From: Rectinemataceae bacterium
GTDB taxonomy: Bacteria > Spirochaetota > Spirochaetia > Treponematales > Rectinemataceae
DNA length: 64,000 nucleotides
Assembly (NCBI GenBank): GCA_035530275.1
Contig: DATKVC010000001.1
Location: 5,791-69,790 of the forward strand
Direction of reading: 5' to 3'
Below are positions 50,594 through 58,731 of this stretch, piece after piece. A model generated the notes under the pieces. It was not told the origin of the DNA. It made no database searches and worked only from the letters and a program-made list of their open reading frames with translations. How positions within the stretch are numbered: position 1 is the first letter of the stretch; every line of letters begins with the position of its first letter. Position numbers and translations under genes: made by a program.

Positions 50594-51711
50594 TTGTCCG
50601 CGGGGCCTCTCTGCTTTTCGAAGTCGCTCACGAAATCGACGAGGCCAGTATATATGCCATCGGAGATCTTCTTCAAGTAATCATCCGTCGAGAGCAACTT
50701 CGCCTCTTCCGGGTTGGTGACGAAGCCCATTTCGACGAGGACCGAAGGCATCTTCGCGTTCCGCACCACGAACCATTCCTCCGCCCGGATGCCGCGATTG
50801 GGGCTGCTGGCGCCGATGCCCTGTTGGAGACGGGAATCGATGTCGCGAGCGAGGATGATGCTCTCCGTCGTGAACTCCTCCTCGAGCATCGCGTTGAGAA
50901 TGGGCGCGATCGAGCGATCGGAGCCTTTTACCGAGGAGCCGTCGATGACGGTCCGGCGGTACTCGGGGTTGAGGTACCAGATCTCGAAGCCCTTCGCCGT
51001 CTTATTAAAGGAGGCGTTGGCGTGAATCGAAACATAGATGATGGCTTCGTTCTTGCCGAGATCGACGGAGTTGGCCATCGCGACCCGCTGCTCGAGGGTC
51101 GGGTAGGTGTCGCCTTCGCGGCTCAAGAGTATCCGCTTGTCCGGGAAGCGCATCGCCAAATCGTCGCGGACTTCCCTCCCCACTTTGAGGGCGATGTCCT
51201 TTTCGACGACCCGCAGCGTCGTGGAGCCGAATCGGTGCTCTCCTACGGCCCCCGTATCCTTCCCCCCATGGCCGGGGTCGATGAGAATGGCGGCGATGGA
51301 AAAATGGGAGGCCCGGGCCGCGTCCGCCGCGCCGAAGCGCGAGCCGATGGCCTCGAGCGAAGCGGGGCTGAACAGGGGACCCGTCTTTCCCAAGACCGGC
51401 GGATCGATCGTCAGGCGTTCGGAAAAATCCCAGAGCGCGAGGGGCAGGCCCACGGCGAAGGCGAGACGGTCGCCGTTTTTTCCGATCCAGCCCGAGGCGG
51501 TCAGGGGGTCCCAGGAAAGCCTCGCCTTCTGCCCTCCGAGCCAGGTAGACAAGGAAATCGTCGCCGAGGATGAGGGTGCGGATGCGACCGGCGAGGCAAG
51601 GGCGGCATCGGGGGCCTGTCGGCTCACGGCCGGCTGGGCCCCGCCTTCGGGCCATCCGGAAAGAACGGCGATGGCGCCGAGACAGGCCGCGAGGACCGTT
51701 CCTGCTTTCAC
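50590..51711 (-). CDS. N-acetylmuramoyl-L-alanine amidase (Amidase_3, AmiC-like)
   Basis: ILIDPGHGGKDTGA, VSIHANA and VLVEMGFVTN. GTG start at 51711 gives a signal peptide and a GTGA overlap with the upstream stop; the ORF-track start at 51900 overlaps the ATP-grasp gene. Confidence 0.85.
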   Translation of the reverse strand: MKAGTVLAACLGAIAVLSGWPEGGAQPAVSRQAPDAALASPVASAPSSSATISLSTWLGGQKARLSWDPLTASGWIGKNGDRLAFAVGLPLALWDFSERLTIDPPVLGKTGPLFSPASLEAIGSRFGAADAARASHFSIAAILIDPGHGGKDTGAVGEHRFGSTTLRVVEKDIALKVGREVRDDLAMRFPDKRILLSREGDTYPTLEQRVAMANSVDLGKNEAIIYVSIHANASFNKTAKGFEIWYLNPEYRRTVIDGSSVKGSDRSIAPILNAMLEEEFTTESIILARDIDSRLQQGIGASSPNRGIRAEEWFVVRNAKMPSVLVEMGFVTNPEEAKLLSTDDYLKKISDGIYTGLVDFVSDFEKQRGPADK

Positions 51712-53300
51712 GGAAGGGTTGCGCCCTTTCGAAGGCAATCGAGGACATAGAGCCCTCCCTGGGCGCCGCCGACGATCAGGGCCTTCCAGAAGGCGCGACC
51801 GACGAGGGGGGAAGCCGGGGAGGCCTCCGCCGACAGGAGGTAGCCCCCTCCCCTTTCGAGGGCGAGACGCGCGGATTCCGCTAGGCTCCTTCCCGACCAA
51901 TCGCGGAGTTCAAGCGTCTCGGCGAGGGGAAGGGCCGCGACGGCGATGGGCGCAGCCGCAGTCGTCGCGCGGAGGACGCCCTCGGGGAGGGCATCGATGG
52001 CAGCCTCGAAATCCGCGTCGACTGCGAAGGCGCGGGGAGGCCAGGTGGCTCCGTCGAATCCCGCCTCGGTAAGGGCGCCGCGCAGGAAGACGGAAGTCGC
52101 CTCGTTCGGAGCTTCGAGCCGAATGAAAATGGATCTGACTGCGGCCTCGGCCGCGCGGGCGGCCCCTTCGCGATCGGGGGCCTGCGAGATCAGATTGCCG
52201 CACTTCTCGACATTGTTCGAGGGAAAGACGACCTCCTCCCCTTCCGCAGTCCGAAGGAAGAGATCCTTGATGAAGGGGGCGTTCCGGGCCGCGCGAAGGC
52301 CCTCGATGCCGGCGACCTTGCCCGGAATGGAAATGAAGGCCCGTTCGGCCGAGTGCCAGCCGCGATCGATCCGCGGTCCTTCGGGTCGAAGGCCGGCGGC
52401 GAGGAGGAGGGCGTCGCGGGTGAGATCGATGCCCGAGGCGTAGGGATAGGTCCAGCCCGACATGTAGCCGCCCGAAAGCCTCGCGGCGATCTCGCCGATC
52501 ATCGGACGACCCCTGGCGAGACTCCATTTCATGTCGCCCTTGGCCGCCCCATGGGAGAGCCCCAGGCTGCGAAGGCCAGCCTCGAAGACGGCGAGTATGT
52601 CCTTCTTCATTCGCTCGTCGATCGAGGTCGGCAGGCTATGGCCGAGTTCGACGAAGTAGGGCGAAAAGGCGATGTGACGGTCGGCTAAGCCCCTGATTTC
52701 GACCTTTCCGTCGTAGACGAGGGCGTCGATGGAGAACTCCGGTCCCTCGATGTATTCCTCGACGATGGCCCGACCCGTCCGGCTGAGCGGCAGCGCTGCC
52801 TCCAGGGCCATAGCCAGCTCGGCCTCATTCCGGACGAGGCGACAGCCGCGAGCACCCATGTTGTCCGCTGGCTTGACCACGAGGGGAAACCCGAGGCCGC
52901 GACGAGCCTCGGAAAGGAGGCCCGACTCGAGGTCCCGACACTCGAAGAAGAGGGGCGAGGAAAGGCCGGCCTCGGCGAAACGCGCACGCATGAGGAGCTT
53001 GTCCGATGCGGCAAGGGCGGCCTCGGGTCGATGCCCCGGAAGGCCGAGGCGATCGGCGAGCCACGCGACATTCGAGGAAAAATCCGTGCCCGCCGTGAAG
53101 ACGGCATCGGCGCCGAGAGCGGAGGCGGCCGCGAGAAGCCCCTCGCGATCCTTGAGGTCGACCGCGAAGAAGCGATCGCAGTACGCCGCGCCCGGGGCCT
53201 TGGGATTGCCGTCGGCGGCGCCCACCTTCCATCCGAGTTCCCTGGCTATCGCCAGGGCGGGGATCTGCATCACCCCTGCGCCGAGCATGAACAAGGTCAT
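51708..53300 (-). CDS. ATP-grasp ligase with a roughly 130-aa C-terminal extension of unknown function
   Basis: PLVVKPADNMGARGCRLV, IVEEYIEGPEFSIDAL and GEIAARLSGG are ATP-grasp motifs. AGGTGGA RBS upstream. Confidence 0.75.
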   Translation of the reverse strand: MTLFMLGAGVMQIPALAIARELGWKVGAADGNPKAPGAAYCDRFFAVDLKDREGLLAAASALGADAVFTAGTDFSSNVAWLADRLGLPGHRPEAALAASDKLLMRARFAEAGLSSPLFFECRDLESGLLSEARRGLGFPLVVKPADNMGARGCRLVRNEAELAMALEAALPLSRTGRAIVEEYIEGPEFSIDALVYDGKVEIRGLADRHIAFSPYFVELGHSLPTSIDERMKKDILAVFEAGLRSLGLSHGAAKGDMKWSLARGRPMIGEIAARLSGGYMSGWTYPYASGIDLTRDALLLAAGLRPEGPRIDRGWHSAERAFISIPGKVAGIEGLRAARNAPFIKDLFLRTAEGEEVVFPSNNVEKCGNLISQAPDREGAARAAEAAVRSIFIRLEAPNEATSVFLRGALTEAGFDGATWPPRAFAVDADFEAAIDALPEGVLRATTAAAPIAVAALPLAETLELRDWSGRSLAESARLALERGGGYLLSAEASPASPLVGRAFWKALIVGGAQGGLYVLDCLRKGATLP

Positions 53301-53310
53301 GTATCCACCT

Positions 53311-55227
53311 TCAATTTCTGATACGATTGCCGTCCGGGGAGCTCGGGAGGTCGGCGCCGCCGCCTTCCTTGAGGCCCCGCTCGCGGATCGGGGGCAGCTC
53401 CCTGGGTTCCCCCGTCTGCGACACCTTCACCGCGTAAAGCTCGAAGGTGTCGCCCAGGCCGAAGAGGCGCGAGACCCGGTCGAAGAGGCCGAGGCAGAGC
53501 TTCCGGAATCGCCCGCGCATGATGCCGCCTTCGCGGAGGAATGGGAAGCGCTCGGAATGATGACCGGTTATACGGATCTTCTCGAGCCTGAATCCGTGGA
53601 AGGCCAGGGGAACCCGCGCCCGCGAGGGTTCCCAGATGGTGAAATGATCCTCGGGGCTGGCCGAGAAAAACGAAGCGGGAGCGAAGCGGGCCGAGACTCC
53701 CTCACCCGAGGGCGTGGATATGGCGAGTATTCCGCCCGTTCGCAGGAGGGCCGAGGCGTTGCGGAGCACGGCATCGAGATCCTCGAAGTGTTCGATGACA
53801 TACCAGAGCGAGATGCAGTCGAAGGGTCCGCCGAAGCTGCCCGCCACGCGAATGTCGGCGAAGTCGCCGGGAACGGCGGGGAGGCCGAGTTCCTCGCGGA
53901 CGTAGCGCGCGGCCTCGGTGGAAATATCGATGCCGTAGGGTTCATGGCCCCGAGCCTTCGCCGCCTCGAGATAAGGCCCGTAGGCGCAGCCGACATCGAG
54001 GAGGGAGAGTCCCGCGGTTCGCCCCAGGGTTTTCGCGGCCAGGGCCTCGATCGAAGCCAGACGCGTCGCCGCGAAGGATACGAGGGCGGGCCAGTCGTCG
54101 AGATAGCTGCGACCGTATTGCCTTCGGTATTCGTCGAAAAAGTAGGTGGCTGTATAGGGCGCCTTCCTGGTCGAGCCGAAACGCGTGAGGTAGAGCATTC
54201 CGCAGGACTGGCAGCGGAAATAGCTCTTGTTCGCCTCCCGATGGATAGCCTTTCGCTCGCGACTCCCGCAGAGGGGGCAGGCGACGGGGCCGCTCGTCTC
54301 GAGGCTCCCGACCAGGGCGGCAATGGATTGGGGCGCAGCGGGCAGAATCGCCGCTGCCCTGGCGAGGGTCGCCGGGACATCCCCGATCCAGCGCAGGAGG
54401 GAGCGGCGATCGATCGTGCCGACGCCGATTTCCGGAAAGCCCGCCCGGCGCGCGAGGGCCCGGTGATAGCTCGAGGGATTGAAGAGGATGACCCCGCAGC
54501 CCGACCAGGCCGCTTCGAAGGCGGTAAGGCCGAATTGGGTGAAGACGAGGTCCCAACCGTGGAGGTGCTCCTTGAGATCCTGCACGGGACCGAGGACGGT
54601 AACGCCCTCGAGACCGAGGGGCGGGGCGCCTCGCCTGAGGGCGCCAGAGACGAGGGTGAGGTCGGAGGCCTCCACGAGGCCGAGGGAAAGGAGGGCCCGT
54701 GAAAGCGGCAGGGCGAGGCCGGCGGGGTCTTCGCCGCCGAAACTCACGAGAATTTTCCGGAAGCGAGAGGGAGGCGTACGACGGTGTTGGGGCAGGTCGA
54801 GAAAGCCGAGGGAGGAGCTGTTGGCCGAATCGCAGTTCCCTCGCCTATGCGCTTTTTCAAGACGGGGAAGGATGTCGATGAGGTAGGAAGCGGCCTCGCG
54901 GGCCTCCCCCCCCTCGTCGAGCGAGGCGACCGGGGCGATGCTTTCCCAAAAGCCCAGTTCGTCGTAGCTCGTCGCGCGCCGATCGAGAAGGACGAGATCC
55001 CAGGCTCCCGCCGTCGCAAGATCGTCGACGATGCGCACTCCCTCGATTTCGCGGGTGTAGGAGAGGCGGAGTTCGGCCGCGCTCCAGCCCTGGTCCGTCT
55101 TGGTCGCGGGAAGATAGACCGCGGCCGTGTAGCCGAGGCTGCGTGCCAACCTGAAGGATCGGACGATATGCCCCGAGCCGTTGCCCTTGCTCACGGAGGG
55201 AACGAGGAGGACCCTGATGCTCGTCAT
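53311..55227 (-). CDS. fusion protein: PseG/SpsG-like GT-B domain + Zn-ribbon + class I SAM methyltransferase
   Basis: N-terminus VLLVPSVSKGNGSGHIVRSFRLA and FGGEDPAGL (PseG/SpsG-like). Middle CPLCGS...FRCQSCG. C-terminus LLDVGCAYGPYL...GIDIS...ISLWYVIEH (SAM-MTase motifs I-III). Confidence 0.7.
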   Translation of the reverse strand: MTSIRVLLVPSVSKGNGSGHIVRSFRLARSLGYTAAVYLPATKTDQGWSAAELRLSYTREIEGVRIVDDLATAGAWDLVLLDRRATSYDELGFWESIAPVASLDEGGEAREAASYLIDILPRLEKAHRRGNCDSANSSSLGFLDLPQHRRTPPSRFRKILVSFGGEDPAGLALPLSRALLSLGLVEASDLTLVSGALRRGAPPLGLEGVTVLGPVQDLKEHLHGWDLVFTQFGLTAFEAAWSGCGVILFNPSSYHRALARRAGFPEIGVGTIDRRSLLRWIGDVPATLARAAAILPAAPQSIAALVGSLETSGPVACPLCGSRERKAIHREANKSYFRCQSCGMLYLTRFGSTRKAPYTATYFFDEYRRQYGRSYLDDWPALVSFAATRLASIEALAAKTLGRTAGLSLLDVGCAYGPYLEAAKARGHEPYGIDISTEAARYVREELGLPAVPGDFADIRVAGSFGGPFDCISLWYVIEHFEDLDAVLRNASALLRTGGILAISTPSGEGVSARFAPASFFSASPEDHFTIWEPSRARVPLAFHGFRLEKIRITGHHSERFPFLREGGIMRGRFRKLCLGLFDRVSRLFGLGDTFELYAVKVSQTGEPRELPPIRERGLKEGGGADLPSSPDGNRIRN

Positions 55228-55961
55228 GCCGCCTCCGGACCTCCGGCCGTCGAGCGCTCCCTGATCGCACCCAGGATCCGCGCGCTCGGAATCGGGCTCC
55301 CGTCGTAGTAGGCCCCGTAGAGGCCGCGGACGAATTCGTAGTCCCGCTGCGTATCGACCGTGACCCTACCCTCGGGAAAGCGATAATCCGCCGGCGCATC
55401 GGGGCGGTCGATGGAAAATCGCCCCGGATTGTTGTAGAGGTGGGGGCAGACGTGCTCGCGCTCGTAGGCGTCGCGGGCATCCCTTTCCGCCAGAAGAAGG
55501 GCCGCGGCGTTGACCGATTCGACGCCCATGCCCAGGGGAAGGCCGACGTGGCTCGCGTAGTCGGCCTCGCTGCCTTCGCGGCTCGCGATGAGAAGATTGG
55601 CGGCCTCGTGGCAGACCAGGGGATTGTCGCCCGTGGCGCGGATGACGCGGTCGAGGCCGAATTCCCTGATGACCATGCAGTAGCGCCCCAGGACATCCTC
55701 TTCGGGGCCCACGAGGAGTTCGAAGCCGTGGCGCCGGGCTATCGGCGCCAATTCGCCCGCGCTCGTAGGCTCGGTGGCGAGGACGCGGAGATCGGCCTCG
55801 ACGAGGGCCAGCCGCGCGAGAACCATGTCGAGGAGGGTCGCGCCGCCGAGGGGAAGGAGGGCCTTGCGCGCGAGCCGGGTCGACCCGAGGCGGGCCTGGA
55901 CCACGACGCCTACGCGCCGCGCTGCCGCGACTCGGCCTTGCGCAGTTCCGCCTGGGCTCAT
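55224..55961 (-). CDS. SpsF/PseF-like cytidylyltransferase (CTP_transf_3 type)
   Basis: VGVVVQARLGSTRLARKALLPL, EEDVLGRY, RATGDNPL and EHVCPHLY. ATGA overlaps at both ends. Confidence 0.8.
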   Translation of the reverse strand: MSPGGTAQGRVAAARRVGVVVQARLGSTRLARKALLPLGGATLLDMVLARLALVEADLRVLATEPTSAGELAPIARRHGFELLVGPEEDVLGRYCMVIREFGLDRVIRATGDNPLVCHEAANLLIASREGSEADYASHVGLPLGMGVESVNAAALLLAERDARDAYEREHVCPHLYNNPGRFSIDRPDAPADYRFPEGRVTVDTQRDYEFVRGLYGAYYDGSPIPSARILGAIRERSTAGGPEAA

Positions 55962-56923
55962 TCGCCTTCCTCCTCCCAAAGCTCCACGAGACGCTCGGCG
56001 TCCTCGCGAAAACGGAAACGGTTGATTTCGACCCAGGCTCGGGCTGCGCCGAACTCGCCCAGGGCCCCGACGATGCCGCCCTTCCTGCTCAGGAGATACT
56101 CGAGGAAGCGCGACCGAGGCAGGACCGAGGAATCGCCGCGATGTCGCGGAGCGATGTTCTTGAGCCAGAACCAGCGATAATCGGCATCGATCGTCGAATC
56201 GTCCTGAGGGGGCCCCTCTTCATAGGCGACGCGGAGGGACTGCGAAAGCCTGATCTCCTCGCCCCAGAGCCAGGCGCGGAAACCGAAGTCGAGCCGCTGC
56301 CAGAAGGGATTGGCGAGACGACCGTCGAAGCCGCCGAGGAGGATGAAGCGTTCACGGCTATAGATGCCGCAATAATCGAAGGGATAGAGGCTCCTCGCCC
56401 CTTCTTTCGCCGCCGACAGGGGCAGGATGCGGAGGCTCGATCCCTGAAGGGCCGGGGTCGCCGATACCGGCAGGAGATTGCCGTCGGAGCCCGAAAGGAA
56501 GGGGGCGAGACAGACCCTGTCCTTCTCGACGATGCGTTCGAGAAAGCGGCCGGAGAGACCCGCCGTCGCTATGTTCATGTCGTTCCAGAGCACGAAGACG
56601 AAGGGGGAAGCCGATTCGCGGACGGCGATGTTGATGCGGGTGCCCGTGTCGGCGGGGGCGCCGAGGAGGATGAAGCGGAGCTTCGGGAAGCGTTGGCAGA
56701 GGCTCTCGATGTCGAAGAGCTCCCCTCCCTGTTCCTCGACGAGGGTGATCGAATCGAAGCCGAGACGGTCGAAGTCCTTGAGGGCTTCGGCCCGGAAGAG
56801 CCGCGGCCCCCGATCGAGGATGACGAGGGAGACGGGCACGCCCGAGCCCGAGCCTCCCCGCGCCCCCCCGACGACCGTGTAGGGCACGGCCGAGTCGCTA
56901 AGCATTGTAGGTATAGTATTCAT
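55958..56923 (-). CDS. GT-A (GT2)-like protein lacking an obvious DxD motif
   Basis: VSLVILDRG...FVFVLWNDM...LDFGFRAWLWG pattern. Start uncertain (56923 or 56905); either one overlaps the SPASM gene stop. Confidence 0.5.
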   Translation of the reverse strand: MNTIPTMLSDSAVPYTVVGGARGGSGSGVPVSLVILDRGPRLFRAEALKDFDRLGFDSITLVEEQGGELFDIESLCQRFPKLRFILLGAPADTGTRINIAVRESASPFVFVLWNDMNIATAGLSGRFLERIVEKDRVCLAPFLSGSDGNLLPVSATPALQGSSLRILPLSAAKEGARSLYPFDYCGIYSRERFILLGGFDGRLANPFWQRLDFGFRAWLWGEEIRLSQSLRVAYEEGPPQDDSTIDADYRWFWLKNIAPRHRGDSSVLPRSRFLEYLLSRKGGIVGALGEFGAARAWVEINRFRFREDAERLVELWEEEGE

Positions 56924-58442
56924 CGCAGTTCCTGCAGGCCTCGGGTAGTTCGCCTTCGACATGGAGACGGTGCCAGCCTTCCCCAGCCGCCCAAAGACGG
57001 GCGAAGGCCGCCTCAAAGAAGGCCTCGTCGCCCGCCTCGCCCTCTCCGAGCCCCTCGAAAAGGGAGCCGAGGGACGCCGCCGCACCGCTCAGGTCCCGGC
57101 AGGGCGGCACCGTGCCGTCGAGAAGGACCGTGAGATCGCGCCTGAGATGCCAGCAGGGATGGCGCTTGAGGGGAGAGAGATCGGCGACGGCCAGCTCGGG
57201 CAGGCGCGAGGCGAAGCGCGAATACTTCTGCACGATGACCCCTTCGGTCTTGGCCTTCCAGCCTCGCCAAAAGGCCTCGAGCTCGGCCTCGTTCTCGCGG
57301 TGCCTGACCATCTGGGGATGGAAGCGCTCGGGCCAGAGGGCGCCGAGACGGCTCGCGCATCGTTGGGCCTCCTCCCAGCCCTCGCCGCGCAGACGGGCGT
57401 AGGTAGCGCTCTCGGCGGCGTCGAGGGAAAGGATCCAGTCGATGCGATCCCTGTGCCGCGCGGCGATGGCCTCGAGGCTGCCTTCCTTCCAGCCGAGACC
57501 CGAAGTCTCGACGATGAGGGAGAGGCCCTCTCGGGCGAGGACGGCATCGACGAGGGAGGGAAAATCGGGGTGAAGGGAGGGCTCGCCCCAGGGTGAGAGA
57601 TCGACGACGGCGTCGCCGGCGAAGGCTGCCAGTCCGCCCATCATCGCGGCGAAGCGATCCGCGGGCAGGAAGTCCCGGCGAGAGAGGATGTCGCCGCCGA
57701 AGGAAGGCCAGGGACAGAGCTTGCAGGACTGGAGGCAGCCCCCTGTCACCTGGACCGAAACAAAGGCCGGCAGGCTTCGCAAAAGATCATCGCGCTTGGG
57801 AATGATGTCGAGGGCGCTCGCCGCGTCGCGAAGACCTGCTGCCATCAGGCCTTCGACGAGGAGGACGTTGCGCTTGGTGTCGCAGGCGAGACTGATCCGC
57901 CGATCGCGGAGGTCTCGCGGCGAAATTTCTGTTTCGATGTCGAAGGCGTTGATGTCCCGTTGGATTACATTGAAGAGCCAGTTTCTCTCCGGCGCCATGG
58001 GACTCTTTTCCGCCAAGGCGACGAGGGCGGGAAGAATTCGCGGATGGAGGATCTCGACGGCCAGGCCGAGGGGATAGCCGTCCGCGAAGGAATAGTCGGC
58101 CCTGTAGCGCCGATGGGCTTCGAGCATCTTTCCGGCAAGAGCGGGGTCGAGGAAGGGTTCGTCGGCGCGAACGAAGACCAGGGCCTCCGGCCCTTCCGGC
58201 AGAGAGGCGGTAAAGGCGGCCGCCTCCGCGAGGAGGTCCCGGTCGCTCCATTCGGCCTTTGAGCGCCGGAGCAGCCCTCTCTCGGGGGTGGCTACGCGGC
58301 CTTCGAGGAGGATGCTGCCGCAGAGCTCGGGCAGGGCCGCCACAAAGGAAAGGACCCTGTCGAAAGCCGAAGCGCCGCCGGAAAGGGGCGACAAGGCCCT
58401 TTCCGTGATCGAACCGGCATAGATGATGACTGCAGTTCTCAT
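56898..58442 (-). CDS. spiro-SPASM-type protein: SpsF-like nucleotidyltransferase domain + radical SAM + SPASM
   Basis: N-terminus AVIIYAGS...VRADEPFLDP...FADGYPLGLAVEIL. Then CLQSCKLC (CxxxCxxC) and a C-terminal Cys-rich region CWHLRRDLTVLLDGTVPPC...CRNCDEYY. Start at MRTAVIIY (ATG 58442). Confidence 0.7.
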   Translation of the reverse strand: MRTAVIIYAGSITERALSPLSGGASAFDRVLSFVAALPELCGSILLEGRVATPERGLLRRSKAEWSDRDLLAEAAAFTASLPEGPEALVFVRADEPFLDPALAGKMLEAHRRYRADYSFADGYPLGLAVEILHPRILPALVALAEKSPMAPERNWLFNVIQRDINAFDIETEISPRDLRDRRISLACDTKRNVLLVEGLMAAGLRDAASALDIIPKRDDLLRSLPAFVSVQVTGGCLQSCKLCPWPSFGGDILSRRDFLPADRFAAMMGGLAAFAGDAVVDLSPWGEPSLHPDFPSLVDAVLAREGLSLIVETSGLGWKEGSLEAIAARHRDRIDWILSLDAAESATYARLRGEGWEEAQRCASRLGALWPERFHPQMVRHRENEAELEAFWRGWKAKTEGVIVQKYSRFASRLPELAVADLSPLKRHPCWHLRRDLTVLLDGTVPPCRDLSGAAASLGSLFEGLGEGEAGDEAFFEAAFARLWAAGEGWHRLHVEGELPEACRNCDEYYTYNA

Positions 58443-58658
58443 TGCTCTCCCGATTATCGGCCCCGGAGGCTGGCCCGACAGGGAATTGCGGAGGAGGACC
58501 GAGGCTCTTTCCGCTTTCTTCTTTTTATATCGTGAAAATCGCGGCAAGGCCACAGCAGGAATAAAGGTTTGGAGTGGCGGAAGGAAAGACCGCGGCGTCC
58601 GGATGCGGCCGAGCTTCGGAAATTTTTCTTTGAAATCCCTCTTGAAAGCTAGGGGAAG

Positions 58659-58674
58659 AGACTATACATTGTGG
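58659..58674 (+). promoter_or_regulatory. NrdR box 1 (agactatacattgtgg), overlapping a possible -10 (TACATT; TTGAAA -35 at 58642)
   Basis: 13/16 match to the remembered NrdR consensus acaCwAtATaTwGtgt. Confidence 0.6.
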
Positions 58675-58690
58675 ACTCTTCGGGTTAGTA

Positions 58691-58706
58691 CCACTATATA
58701 AAGTGT
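58691..58706 (+). promoter_or_regulatory. NrdR box 2 (ccactatataaagtgt), 32 bp from box 1
   Basis: 14/16 match to the consensus. The spacing of about three helical turns is typical of tandem NrdR boxes. Confidence 0.65.
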
Positions 58707-58731
58707 GACTGAGATACGAGGGGGGAGCGAT

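Noticed and set aside
58443-58731. Cobalamin riboswitch upstream of nrdJ (and of metH at 4507-4628)
   Set aside because: I could not find the B12-box or a matching multi-stem architecture by eye. NrdR boxes explain the nrdJ leader better. A covariance-model scan would be needed to exclude a riboswitch formally.
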